A DNA stretch of 60,491 nucleotides, counting the filler, from Nitrospirae bacterium CG2_30_53_67 (GTDB lineage Bacteria > CG2-30-53-67): assembly GCA_001873285.1 (NCBI GenBank). It is 6 parts of 6 records of this genome, joined end to end, with 100 filler letters (N's around TTAATTAATTAA, not from the genome) between each part and the next. Parts side by side here need not be neighbours in the genome. Positions count along the whole stretch, not along the records: positions 24,888 to 43,136 come from MNYV01000113.1; 5 more parts are not named here. One strand, 5' to 3'. The notes beneath the pieces are model-generated. The model searched no databases and was not told where the DNA came from. It saw only the letters and a list, made by a program, of their open reading frames with translations. Of the stretch, positions 29,463 through 39,187 are shown piece by piece. The number at the start of each line of letters is the position of its first letter. Positions within the stretch are counted from its first letter, which is position 1. Position numbers and translations under genes: made by a program.

Positions 29463-30278
29463 TCACACCCCTCTCTTGGCATTGAAGGAGTGGACCCTCT
29501 CCTGTATCGGAGAAACCACATGGCCGGTCCTGATTCCGTCCAGCCCATTGAAGAAAGCGATTTTGTCTTCAATCTCTGAACGGGGATAGCCTTTCTTCAG
29601 CATGGTTTCCATAAACGAATCATAATTGGCATCTTCTGCCGGCCCGCGGCATCCCCGGCAGCCGACCTTGCCGGCGATGCATACGGCGCCGCAGCCGGCG
29701 AGCGTCAGCGGGCCGAGGCAGATCGTCCCGAAATCGAACATGCAGATATTCATCTTCTGCCTGCACTCCACGCAGACCGGATACTTGGGGATCCTGATTT
29801 CCGAACCGGTCACCAGGGCGATGACGATTTTTTCCACCTCGGTCTTGGAAACAGGGCATCCGGGAATCTCAAGGTCCACAGGCACGACCTCCTTGACACT
29901 TTTCACCTCGCCCGTCTCCACCTCATGGTTGCCGTAGACTTCCCGAACCACATCGGAGATATCAAATCTCTCTCTTATTTTGTTGACGCCTCCGAAGCAG
30001 GCGCAGGACCCCAGGGCGACCAGGACCCCGGCATTGGCCCTGATCTGTTTGAGCCTCGTGATCTCATCCTCACGGGAAATGGAGCCTTCCACGAATGCGA
30101 TGTCATAGTCGTCGCTTTGGTCGGAAGAGGCTTCTCTGAAATTGACCACCTCGATCAGGGAGAGAAAATCCGGGAGCGTCTCTTCCTTGTTCAGGAGCTG
30201 CAGTTCGCACCCCTCGCATCCCGTAAAATCAAAGACCCCGATTTTGGGTTTGGCTGTTTCAATGCCGAGATATTTCAA
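29463..30278 (-). CDS. Group 3b hydrogenase small (delta) subunit
   Basis: FTGCEGC, GSCACFGG, IPGCP, CVEC..CLGP..GC..C..CRGCRGP. Confidence 0.93.
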   Translation of the reverse strand: MKYLGIETAKPKIGVFDFTGCEGCELQLLNKEETLPDFLSLIEVVNFREASSDQSDDYDIAFVEGSISREDEITRLKQIRANAGVLVALGSCACFGGVNKIRERFDISDVVREVYGNHEVETGEVKSVKEVVPVDLEIPGCPVSKTEVEKIVIALVTGSEIRIPKYPVCVECRQKMNICMFDFGTICLGPLTLAGCGAVCIAGKVGCRGCRGPAEDANYDSFMETMLKKGYPRSEIEDKIAFFNGLDGIRTGHVVSPIQERVHSFNAKRGV

Positions 30279-30289
30279 AGCGGTCCTCC

Positions 30290-31198
30290 TTAAATGGCCT
30301 CTCTGAGGTTCATCACGGACCAGTAATCAAAGACCGGCCCGTCCACGCACGTAAAGGTCGAACCCACCATGCACCGGCAGCATTTCCCCATACCGCAGTG
30401 CATCCTTCGCTCCAGGGAGACGAACATCTGGTTCATGGGGACACCGAGGTCATCCATGTGATCGCAGACGAATTTAAACATGACCGGCGGGCCGCACACA
30501 ATGGCATAGGTGCGTGACGGATCAATGGCGACATCCTGAAACAGGTCTGTGATCAGTCCGGTTTTCCCCGTCCAGTTCTTATCCGCTTTTTCCACCACCG
30601 TATGCATCTTGATGTGGCTGATTTTCACCCATTCTTCATACTGGTAGGTAAAGAGCATCTGCCAGGGCTCCTTGGCGCCGTAAAGGATATGCACGTCTTT
30701 GTATTCGGAGCGGTGTTCATTCACCCAGTATATGGGCGCTCTCAGCGGCGCGAGCCCAAGGCCGCCGGCGATCAGAAGAATATGGTGTCCTGCCATCTTC
30801 TCCATGGGGAAAGACGTGCCGAAAGGACCGCGAATGCCGACTTTCGACCCGATGACGGCCTTATGGAGGATCCGGGTGGTGCGTCCGGCTTTTCGTATGC
30901 ACAACTCGATGAATTCCCTGTTGTTGGGAGAACTGGCTATGGAAATGGGAATCTCTCCGAAACCGGGGACTTCCACCATCACAAACTGACCGGCCCGGAA
31001 ATTGAAGATCTCTCTTTCCACGGGGTCGAGTATTTTCAAATGAAAGAGCTTTTCCATGGGGGTCAGTTCGACAATGTTTGTGATCTCGCACTTGTATACC
31101 TGGTCCGTTTTCATCACAATCGATTTCCGATTGTATTGCGGCGGCTTCACCATGAACGGTTCAAGATTAATATCTTCTTTTCGGATCCTGTAGTTCAT
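30290..31198 (-). CDS. Group 3b hydrogenase gamma subunit (FAD/NAD(P)-binding, 2Fe-2S)
   Basis: [45 protein letters not shown]. Confidence 0.93.
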   Translation of the reverse strand: MNYRIRKEDINLEPFMVKPPQYNRKSIVMKTDQVYKCEITNIVELTPMEKLFHLKILDPVEREIFNFRAGQFVMVEVPGFGEIPISIASSPNNREFIELCIRKAGRTTRILHKAVIGSKVGIRGPFGTSFPMEKMAGHHILLIAGGLGLAPLRAPIYWVNEHRSEYKDVHILYGAKEPWQMLFTYQYEEWVKISHIKMHTVVEKADKNWTGKTGLITDLFQDVAIDPSRTYAIVCGPPVMFKFVCDHMDDLGVPMNQMFVSLERRMHCGMGKCCRCMVGSTFTCVDGPVFDYWSVMNLREAI

Positions 31199-32238
31199 TC
31201 TCCGCTCTCCATTCTCAGATCGTTGATGACGTCTTTGGGATTGATCCCGGCCAGACAGGCTCTGCCGCACCGGTTGCAGCCCACACAGATCTGTGCATCT
31301 TCATTCTCTGCAAAGCCCCGGTAGTGGTGGTAGAATCTGTACTTCAGCCGGTCTTCTTTCAGGGGCCTGAAATTGTGTCCTCCGGCCACTTCTGAAAAGT
31401 CCACGATCGTGCAGGAATACTGGATACGATCCTTGCTGGAACTCTTGAGGTTCGGCTCGATCGACTCCTCCACGCCGTAGCAATAGCACGTGGGACAGAC
31501 CATGGCGCAGGACCCGCAGTTGAGGCACTTATTTCCCCATTTCTTCCAGATATCAGATTTGAATTCAATATCCATGAGGGCGGGAAGGCCGGTGACCTCC
31601 ACGTGGGTCTTGAATTTTTTCTTGAGATATTTGCGTCTCTGGATATATTGTCCATCATCGTTTTTCCCGGGGTCCCTGGTCTTGACATTCCTGAGAAAAT
31701 TGAATGCCTTGGATGAGTTGATCGTGAGGTAGTACGCATCCCCGATATCCGTGCAGAAGAGGTTGAAACCGTGACGGACCCCATCCTGGTTCAGGGACTT
31801 GCAGAAACAGTCTTCCAGAGGTTCATGATCCATACCGATGATAAAGGTATTTTTTCTTCTCGCGATATAACTGGGTGAAGGGAAATTCCCCTTCATAAAG
31901 ACCCGGTCCAGCTTGGCCAATCCGTTGATGTCGCAGGCGCGCACGCCCACGATCACCCTCGGATTCACGCGGTATTCAATCTGCTGCTGCCAATCATGAT
32001 CGGTATAACGGAACCGGGAAAGTTCCTCCCTGAATGGAAGGAAAAAGGTTTTTATCGAATAGTTGATCACATCGTAATCAAGATCCATTTCATCAAAGGA
32101 ATAAACCTGCCGGAACTGGTAAACCGGCCGGCCATTCTTGTCTTTGTCCACGGCCTTGGGCCCGATGGTCTGATTCTCTTCGATGAGACCGCTGATGAAT
32201 TTCTTGAATTCCTTTTTCGTGATCACCTTATAGATCAT
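31195..32238 (-). CDS. Group 3b hydrogenase beta subunit (4Fe-4S)
   Basis: [27 protein letters not shown]. Confidence 0.9.
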   Translation of the reverse strand: MIYKVITKKEFKKFISGLIEENQTIGPKAVDKDKNGRPVYQFRQVYSFDEMDLDYDVINYSIKTFFLPFREELSRFRYTDHDWQQQIEYRVNPRVIVGVRACDINGLAKLDRVFMKGNFPSPSYIARRKNTFIIGMDHEPLEDCFCKSLNQDGVRHGFNLFCTDIGDAYYLTINSSKAFNFLRNVKTRDPGKNDDGQYIQRRKYLKKKFKTHVEVTGLPALMDIEFKSDIWKKWGNKCLNCGSCAMVCPTCYCYGVEESIEPNLKSSSKDRIQYSCTIVDFSEVAGGHNFRPLKEDRLKYRFYHHYRGFAENEDAQICVGCNRCGRACLAGINPKDVINDLRMESGE

Positions 32239-32464
32239 AACTCTTCGCTCCTGCAATCGGCGGGGACAGGTCATGCCAGTGATCTCAAACGGATATTATC
32301 ATATCATACGATAATTAACAAAATAAATTTTCTTGCATTTTGTCCTCCTATTCGATAATAATCAGTTACTAATAAAGAGCAGAAACGTCCCGATCCGGAT
32401 CTGCATCCCGGTCAGGATCATTAGAACATTGGCTGCACGGTGTGTGTATCAGGAAGAGAGAACA

Positions 32465-32959
32465 ATGTCCGTGAAAAACAGGCTTCTTCGATTACTGATC
32501 CTATCTGTTCTTATATCGGTCCTGCTGCCCGCATGTGCCGGGATCCGTATGCGGACACAGGCCCCTTACGTCAGTCTCTCGGATCTGCAGGTCCGAGAGA
32601 TCGGCCTTTTTGAGCAGCGCTACCGGCTGAAGCTTCGCATACAAAATCCCAACAGCTTTGCCCTTCCGATCTCCGGCATGAATTATCAGCTTCATATCAA
32701 CGGCAAGAAGTTTGCCGGCGGCGTGAGCCGGCAGCCGGTCACCATCCCGGCATTCGGCGAAGCACTCGCGGATGTGGACGTGATCAGTGATGTAGGAAGC
32801 CTCCTCCAACAATTCAGCGGGCTGACATCGGGGCATGTGCAGAAGGTGAGCTATCGCCTTTCCGGAAGCATCAGTCTGGCGCACAGCGTGCTGAAGCTTC
32901 CCTTCGAATACAAAGGAGAGGTGGACCTGAATTTCGGCAGCCCGGAGAGCACGCATTGA
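32465..32959 (+). CDS. LEA type 2 (WHy) lipoprotein
   Basis: Lipobox LPAC; LRIQNPNSFALPI..Y.L.ING. Confidence 0.88.
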   Translation: MSVKNRLLRLLILSVLISVLLPACAGIRMRTQAPYVSLSDLQVREIGLFEQRYRLKLRIQNPNSFALPISGMNYQLHINGKKFAGGVSRQPVTIPAFGEALADVDVISDVGSLLQQFSGLTSGHVQKVSYRLSGSISLAHSVLKLPFEYKGEVDLNFGSPESTH

Positions 32960-33052
32960 GGTCGCGATTCACTGGTTGTGAATCTGCTGTCTGTAAGATA
33001 AAATAAAAGAGAAAAATGGACTGATATAAGACTTCGCATGAGGTGAATCATC

Positions 33053-34117
33053 ATGAAATATACATTTTTCTATTTTGCGATCATGTTTCTAACATTGATG
33101 GTCGCCCCTTATCCCCAGGAAGCGGAAGCCGGTCCTTCCCAGGGGAGTGAGGGACTTCAAAAAGCGACGTTTGCAGGAGGATGCTTCTGGTGCATGGAAA
33201 AACCCTTTGAATCATTGGAAGGGGTGATCTCAGTCACATCCGGTTATACCGGCGGGACCACCAAGGATCCGACGTATGAGACCTATGCAGACGGAGGCCA
33301 CTTGGAGGCTGTGGAGATCGTCTATGATCCGGAGAAGATTTCCTACAAGGACCTCCTCGATCTATTCTGGCGGCAGATCGATCCGACAGATCCCGGCGGC
33401 CAGTTTGTGGACCGGGGGAAACAGTACTCCACGGCCATCTTCTACCATGACGAAGAGCAGAAAAGGCTGGCCGAGCAGTCGCGAAAGGAGCTGGAGGCGA
33501 AGAATCTTTACGGCAAACCCATTGTGACGCCGATCCTGCCTCCTCCCGCCTTTTACAGGGCCGAAGAATATCATCAGGATTACTACAAGAAGAATCCGCT
33601 GCGGTATAAGTACTACCGGAGCCGTTCGGGTCGGGATCAGTTTCTGGAGAAGATCTGGGGCAAGGAGAGAAAGCAAGGGAAACCAGCGGTGGGTGAATTG
33701 AAGAAAAAACTGACACCACTGCAGTACAAGGTCACCCAGGAGGAGGGGACCGAGCAGGCCTTTTCCAATGAGTACTGGGATAACAAGAAGGCGGGGATAT
33801 ATGTGGATATCGTATCCGGCGAGCCCCTCTTCAGCTCTATAGATAAATATGATTCCGGCACAGGCTGGCCGAGTTTCACCAAGCCGCTGGCGCCGGAGAA
33901 CATTGTGGAGAGAAAAGATACCAGGCTCTTTACGGTCCGCACCGAGGTCCGAAGCAGGGAGGCTGATTCACACCTCGGCCATATTTTTGATGACGGACCC
34001 GCTCCGGCAGGCCTTCGCTATTGCATCAACTCCGCTGCACTCCGGTTCATCCCGGTTGAAGACCTGGACAAAGAGGGTTATGGCGAATTCATGAAATTAT
34101 TTAAAGAGAAGAAATAG
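33053..34117 (+). CDS. msrAB: Exported bifunctional methionine sulfoxide reductase MsrA/MsrB
   Basis: Signal peptide; [32 protein letters not shown]. Confidence 0.96.
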   Translation: MKYTFFYFAIMFLTLMVAPYPQEAEAGPSQGSEGLQKATFAGGCFWCMEKPFESLEGVISVTSGYTGGTTKDPTYETYADGGHLEAVEIVYDPEKISYKDLLDLFWRQIDPTDPGGQFVDRGKQYSTAIFYHDEEQKRLAEQSRKELEAKNLYGKPIVTPILPPPAFYRAEEYHQDYYKKNPLRYKYYRSRSGRDQFLEKIWGKERKQGKPAVGELKKKLTPLQYKVTQEEGTEQAFSNEYWDNKKAGIYVDIVSGEPLFSSIDKYDSGTGWPSFTKPLAPENIVERKDTRLFTVRTEVRSREADSHLGHIFDDGPAPAGLRYCINSAALRFIPVEDLDKEGYGEFMKLFKEKK

Positions 34118-34144
34118 GAATTATTCAATCATATGGAGGGCGCC

Positions 34145-34729
34145 ATGAAAAAGTATTTACTTTTTGTTCTGTTCGCCGCTCTACTGGCCGGCATGGGGGG
34201 ATGCGGTTACAACCGGATCCAGGCGAATGAAGAGGCGGTCAAGGCGGCATGGGGGGACGTGGAGTCCGCCTACCAGAGAAGGAGTGATCTGATCCCGAAT
34301 CTGGTGGAGGTCGTCAAGGGATACGCAGCACATGAAAAGGAAACCCTTACGGAGATTACAAACGCACGGGCCAGGGTGGGGAGCATACAGATGTCCAAGG
34401 ACATGCTCAATGACCCGCAGGCCTTTGCGCAATTTCAGGAGGCACAGGCCTCCATGAGCAGCGCTCTTGCAAGACTGATGGTGGTGGTGGAGAACTACCC
34501 GGACCTCAAGGCCAACCAGAACTTCCTGGACCTTCAGCACCAGCTCGAAGGCACGGAAAACAGGATCAATGTTGCACGCTCTCGTTACAATCAAGCAGTA
34601 GAGGCGTTTAATACGTCGATCCGGATCTTTCCGAACAACCTCACCAATTCATTGCTTCTGCACCTGAAACTCAAAGAGCCATTCAAGGCTGAGGCGGGCG
34701 CTGAAAAGGCGCCGAAGGTTAAATTCTGA
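34145..34729 (+). CDS. lemA: LemA family lipoprotein
   Basis: [32 protein letters not shown]. Confidence 0.95.
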   Translation: MKKYLLFVLFAALLAGMGGCGYNRIQANEEAVKAAWGDVESAYQRRSDLIPNLVEVVKGYAAHEKETLTEITNARARVGSIQMSKDMLNDPQAFAQFQEAQASMSSALARLMVVVENYPDLKANQNFLDLQHQLEGTENRINVARSRYNQAVEAFNTSIRIFPNNLTNSLLLHLKLKEPFKAEAGAEKAPKVKF

Positions 34730-34732
34730 GAC

Positions 34733-35599
34733 ATGAAGCAGACTTTTTTGATCATTCTCTTTTCATGTGTGGTCCTGACTTCTGTTTCCCATGCGCTCGA
34801 TGCGCCGAAACTTCAGGGCCATGTCAATGATGATGCCGGCATGATCTCTGCTTCAGTCAGGGCTGAGCTGGAGAATGAGCTCATCTCTTTTGAAAAAACG
34901 GACTCGACGCAGATCGTCATTCTAACCATCCCATCTCTTGAAGGGGAGGGGATCGAGGAATTCAGCATCAAGGTCGCCGAGGCGTGGAAGATCGGCCGGC
35001 AGGGGAGAGACAACGGCGTCATCTTCGTGGTCTCAAAGGAGGATAGAAAGATGAGGATCGAGGTCGGACGCGGCCTCGAAGGAAGTTTGACCGATCTCAT
35101 GGCCGGGAGGATCATTGACCTCGTGGTCAAGCCTCGGTTCAAACGGGGAGACTTTGACGGAGGTTTTGTCGCAGGGGTCTCTTCATTGATCGACGCGGTC
35201 AGAGGAGAATACAAGGCGGACGAAAATCACCGCCCGCAGAAGCACGACGATTTCGGACCATTCACGACGCTCCTCATGTATGGCCTCTTTGTCGTTCTTT
35301 TTCTCGGAAGCATCTCCCGGTTTCTGGGCGGGATATCAGGGGCCATAGGCCTGCCTCTTCTCGCGTATCTTACCTTTTCCGTTTCCGGTCTTTTTTTGCT
35401 CATGATTCTCGGCATCCTGGGTTTAGCCGCAGGACTGCTGCTTCCCATGCTTTTTTCTTCAACGGGGCCTCTCGGGACCGGCGGTTTCCGGCCGGGCGGA
35501 GGATTCTACGGCGGCGGAGGCGGGTCCTGGGGGAGCGGCGGCGGCTTCAGCGGCGGGGGAGGGTCCTTCGAAGGAGGCGGCTCCTCGGGGAGTTGGTGA
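34733..35599 (+). CDS. TPM-domain (YgcG-like) membrane protein with Gly-rich tail
   Basis: VNDDAG, WKIG..DNGV, RIEVGRGLEG, GGGGSFEGGGSSGSW. Confidence 0.92.
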   Translation: MKQTFLIILFSCVVLTSVSHALDAPKLQGHVNDDAGMISASVRAELENELISFEKTDSTQIVILTIPSLEGEGIEEFSIKVAEAWKIGRQGRDNGVIFVVSKEDRKMRIEVGRGLEGSLTDLMAGRIIDLVVKPRFKRGDFDGGFVAGVSSLIDAVRGEYKADENHRPQKHDDFGPFTTLLMYGLFVVLFLGSISRFLGGISGAIGLPLLAYLTFSVSGLFLLMILGILGLAAGLLLPMLFSSTGPLGTGGFRPGGGFYGGGGGSWGSGGGFSGGGGSFEGGGSSGSW

Positions 35600-36237
35600 T
35601 GAAGCATTTCAAAGCGGATCAATTTTTCACGAGTACAGAAAAAGAAAAGATCAGGAATACTACTATGGATATCGAAGCCCGGACCATCGGCGAAGTCGCC
35701 GTTGTGGTCTTTGACAGCAGCGACCCCTATCTCGAAGCCGAGGCCATAGGCGGTATGCTCATCGGGAGCCTCTTGTCATTGGCGGTGACGGGTTCCTTTT
35801 TTCATGCATCGTTATGGTGGTTCATCCCGCTCAGCTTCTTATGCTTCTTCCCCTCACGAACCCTTGTGAAAAAAATCCCTGCGGTTAAGGCCGCATTCAT
35901 AGGGGCCCGCAGGAAGGATCACGCCGTAGAACAGATGGCGCTTCGGGTATTTTACGAAAAGGGGCTATATAAAACAAAAAAGAGCACAGCAGTGCTCTTC
36001 TTTCTCTCGCTTCTGGAGCGAAAGGTATGGGTCCTTGCTGATCAGGGAATCCATGAAAAGATCGGGCAGGAGAGACTGGATACGTTTGCAAGGACCGTCT
36101 CTCAGGGGGTCAAAGAGGGCCGCTCCTGCGATGCCCTCTGCAAGGCCATGGAGGATGCCGGCGCCCTCCTTGCAAAACATTTCCCGGTTACGCCCGGGGA
36201 TACCAACGAACTGCCGGATGAGGTGATCACAGAATAA
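35599..36237 (+). CDS. TPM-domain membrane protein (LemA operon partner)
   Basis: E.RT.GE, VLFFLSLLERKV.VLADQGI, NELPD. Confidence 0.85.
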   Translation: MKHFKADQFFTSTEKEKIRNTTMDIEARTIGEVAVVVFDSSDPYLEAEAIGGMLIGSLLSLAVTGSFFHASLWWFIPLSFLCFFPSRTLVKKIPAVKAAFIGARRKDHAVEQMALRVFYEKGLYKTKKSTAVLFFLSLLERKVWVLADQGIHEKIGQERLDTFARTVSQGVKEGRSCDALCKAMEDAGALLAKHFPVTPGDTNELPDEVITE

Positions 36238-36289
36238 TATGGGGAAACCTTCCTGTTTCTTTTGAAACTTCTAACGGGGCTATAGATGG

Positions 36290-36318
36290 TTGACAATTCG
36301 AAATGCTGCTGTTAGGCT
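36290..36318 (+). promoter_or_regulatory. sigma70-like promoter
   Basis: TTGACA-17-TAGGCT with TG extension. Confidence 0.55.
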
Positions 36319-36384
36319 TTGGCATGTTCATGTTGCGGATGGCGAGGGGCCGGACCCGAAAGGTATTTACGAAGTGTGGTGTGA

Positions 36385-37002
36385 ATGGATAAGGGAGAGC
36401 GTTTTAACAGCATCAGCCACCTCATTGGCGCAGCGGCCGCGCTTGCCGGCCTGGTGATCCTGGTTGTACTGGCTTCTCGTCAGGGTGATGTGTGGAAGAT
36501 CGTAAGCTTCAGCATATACGGAACCGCCCTCTTTTTGCTGTATGCGTTTTCAGCGCTTTACCACAGTCTGAGCGGGAAGGCAAAAAAGGTCTTTCGCACA
36601 CTTGATCACCACGCGATCTATCTCCTGATTGCCGGCACCTATACCCCGTTCACCCTGGTTACCCTTCGCGGCGCCTGGGGCTGGTCAATATTCGGTGTGA
36701 TCTGGGCACTGGCAATCCTGGGGATCGTGCTGGATTCGCTTCCCCAAAAGGGGCGCCGAGTCCTGCCGGTGGTCATTTATCTTCTCATGGGCTGGCTCGT
36801 CCTGATGGCGATCGGGCCCCTGTTGCGGGCTTTGCCTCCATGGGGATTCGTCTGGCTGCTGTCGGGAGGGGTCTTCTATACGGCGGGTGTGGTTTTTTAT
36901 GCACTGGACAAGAGGGTGCGTCATTTCCATGGGATCTGGCATCTGTTTGTGCTGGCGGGGAGCCTCAGCCATTTTTTTGCCGTGCTTTTTTGCATCGTTT
37001 GA
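36385..37002 (+). CDS. Hemolysin III/PAQR family membrane protein
   Basis: ERFNSISH, SALYH, LDHHAIYLLIAGTYTP, HGIWHLFV. Confidence 0.95.
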   Translation: MDKGERFNSISHLIGAAAALAGLVILVVLASRQGDVWKIVSFSIYGTALFLLYAFSALYHSLSGKAKKVFRTLDHHAIYLLIAGTYTPFTLVTLRGAWGWSIFGVIWALAILGIVLDSLPQKGRRVLPVVIYLLMGWLVLMAIGPLLRALPPWGFVWLLSGGVFYTAGVVFYALDKRVRHFHGIWHLFVLAGSLSHFFAVLFCIV

Positions 37003-37040
37003 ACAGGGATAGACAGAGCGAACATGAAGGAGGGAGCATC

Positions 37041-37153
37041 ATGAAGAGATCGAAAGAATTCGTCCCATGATCTTCAATCCTGAAGTCCGAAGCTATCACG
37101 GTATTGGCGGATTTATCGGGAAGGCATTTGAGATCGGGAAGAGACAGTCATGA
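37041..37153 (+). pseudogene. Relic of a flavoredoxin/flavin reductase family gene (start fused to C-terminus)
   Basis: Strong SD and ATGAAGAG, then in a shifted frame EIERIRPMIFNPEVRSYHGIGGFIGKAFEIGK*, resembling flavoredoxin C-termini. Confidence 0.55.
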
Positions 37154-37225
37154 CCAATAAGGGGGTCCTGCAGAGAGCGCGGCGCGGGCAGTGCCGCAGG
37201 TTCCCCACCCTCGTATCATCCCTCA

Positions 37226-37387
37226 GTGGTCCTGTTCGTAAATATGGTGAAGTACCGAGAGGGTCGTAGGGCGGTCTCATCAAGGCGCGCGACTGAGGCG
37301 TACCCCTCTGGTACACCGCAAGGAGCGGAACTTTGATCCGACCGCCCTACGACCCTCGAATGCCACCGTATTTACGAACAGGACCAC
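37226..37387 (-). mobile_element. 162-bp MITE, inverted copy
   Basis: TIRs GTGGTCCTGTTCGTAAATA / TATTTACGAACAGGACCAC; flanked by TCA/TTA; reverse-complement match to 54165-54326. Confidence 0.9.
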
Positions 37388-37401
37388 TTAGACGATTCTG
37401 C

Positions 37402-37507
37402 TTGACAGCATGGCCCCAAAGCTGTTACAGTAGTTTCCATAATCGCTGTTCCTGGATAAAAAACGAAATCATCGTAGAGCCCCGGAATGCATCCGGGGCT
37501 TTTTTTA
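37402..37507 (+). promoter_or_regulatory. Promoter and leader terminator hairpin of the DEAD-box helicase gene
   Basis: TTGACA-18-TACAGT; AGCCCCGGA-atgca-TCCGGGGCT-T7 before SD AAGGAG. Confidence 0.7.
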
Positions 37508-37529
37508 TGGAACAAGAAAGAAGGAGTTT

Positions 37530-38846
37530 ATGGATTTCAACGCATTCGAGTTAAACCCCCACGTCGCGGCCGGGGTCAAGGCCGCGGGTTATGCCACACC
37601 GACGCCGATCCAGGCGCAGGCTATTCCCAAGGTCATGCAGGGGCGGGACGTCATGGGCCTGGCACAGACCGGAACCGGCAAGACCGCTGCCTTCGTGCTG
37701 CCCATTCTGCACCGGTTGATGCAGGGAAGCCGGGGACACGTCCGAGCCCTGGTCGTCGCTCCTACCCGGGAGCTGGCCGAACAGACACACGAGGCCATCG
37801 GGAAGCTCGGTCGGGATACCCGCATCCGGAGCGTCACGATTTACGGCGGCGTGAACATCAATCCACAGCTGCAAAAACTGAGAAAGGGCGCTGAGATCGT
37901 CGTGGCCTGCCCCGGCAGGCTTCTCGATCACATCGGCCAGGGGACCATTGATCTCAGCCGTCTGGAAGTGCTGGTCCTCGACGAGGCGGACCAGATGTTC
38001 GACATGGGTTTTCTGCCGGACATCCGGCGGATCATGAAACACCTCCCCCGGAAGCGGCAGACTCTGCTCTTTTCAGCCACCATGCCCGATGAGATCCGGA
38101 GCCTGGCTCAGTCGGTCCTGAACGACCCGGTTACGGTCCAGGTGGGCAAGACCGCCCCGGCGGTCACCGTCAGTCACGCCCTCTACCCGGTCGAACCGCA
38201 CCTCAAGACGGCCTTGCTGCTTGAGCTTCTGCGCCAAACCGACACCGAGTCGGTGCTGGTGTTCACCCGCACCAAGCACCGCGCTAAGCGTCTGGGGGAA
38301 CATCTGGCCAAGGCCGGCTACCGGGCCGCCTCGCTGCAGGGTAACCTTTCGCAGTCTCGGCGGCAGGCCGCGCTGGACGGCTTCCGTGACGGCACGTACC
38401 AGATCCTGGTGGCGACCGACATCGCGGCGCGCGGGATCGACGTCACCCAGATCTCTCACGTTATCAACTACGACATCCCCAACACCACCGATGCCTATAT
38501 CCATCGCATCGGCCGGACCGGCCGTGTCGCCCGAAGCGGCGATGCGTACACCCTGGTGAGCGGTGACGATACGAATATGGTGCGGGGCATTGAGCGGATC
38601 CTTGGCAGCCCGGTCGACCGCCGAACCGTGGCCGGCTTCGACTACAATGTCCCGGCGCCCAGAAAGAACAACGAGTTTGCCCGCCAGCCCAGGCAGCAGG
38701 CTCCGGTCCGAAAAGCAGCCCGGCCGCAGAAGGCCGCCGCACAGAAAAATACTCCTGCACAGATAAGAACCGGGAAGCCAAAATTTGTCTGGAGAAGCGG
38801 GGAGCACCAGCGAGGGCAACGGCTTCGCAACGGAATCAGGCCCTGA
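37530..38846 (+). CDS. DEAD-box RNA helicase (RhlE-like)
   Basis: AQTGTGKT, PTRELA, DEAD, SAT, HRIGRTGR. Confidence 0.96.
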   Translation: MDFNAFELNPHVAAGVKAAGYATPTPIQAQAIPKVMQGRDVMGLAQTGTGKTAAFVLPILHRLMQGSRGHVRALVVAPTRELAEQTHEAIGKLGRDTRIRSVTIYGGVNINPQLQKLRKGAEIVVACPGRLLDHIGQGTIDLSRLEVLVLDEADQMFDMGFLPDIRRIMKHLPRKRQTLLFSATMPDEIRSLAQSVLNDPVTVQVGKTAPAVTVSHALYPVEPHLKTALLLELLRQTDTESVLVFTRTKHRAKRLGEHLAKAGYRAASLQGNLSQSRRQAALDGFRDGTYQILVATDIAARGIDVTQISHVINYDIPNTTDAYIHRIGRTGRVARSGDAYTLVSGDDTNMVRGIERILGSPVDRRTVAGFDYNVPAPRKNNEFARQPRQQAPVRKAARPQKAAAQKNTPAQIRTGKPKFVWRSGEHQRGQRLRNGIRP

Positions 38847-38869
38847 GTGTAAATTAGATAAAAAACTTC

Positions 38870-38897
38870 TTGCTATTTATGATTTAATCTGTATAAT
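38870..38897 (+). promoter_or_regulatory. Promoter of the second helicase, implying a ~285-nt 5' leader
   Basis: TTGCTA-16-TATAAT with an AT-rich upstream tract. Confidence 0.6.
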
Positions 38898-39187
38898 GCC
38901 TCACGACTGTAGTTTAACATCCTGGCAGGACGTTGTCGGAATCCATTTAAGGCTCTCGCCATTCACCTGTCATGTTCATCGATCACTGACCCATCTTGCT
39001 TTCAGTTTCCACTCTGAAATTGCATCAGCACCTATGGTTGGCGAACGATGTGGTTATGCCGGTCATATTTTGTGCTGGCGCCGTCTTTTTTGTCATAGAC
39101 ATCAGGATATCCCTGCGGCCCACACACCAACCGAACCGATTTCCGTGCCGGAGCGAGTGTTTCCGGGCAGGAAACCAAAGGAGCAGA

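Noticed and set aside
30290..32238. Anaerobic sulfite reductase asrAB
   Set aside because: Followed by NiFe small and large subunits rather than AsrC
38996..39187. 64-aa N-terminal extension of helicase 2 (similarly for pyk, HPF, LEA, hydrogenase gamma, deacetylase)
   Set aside because: Family homology, and in most cases a good SD, begins at a downstream ATG
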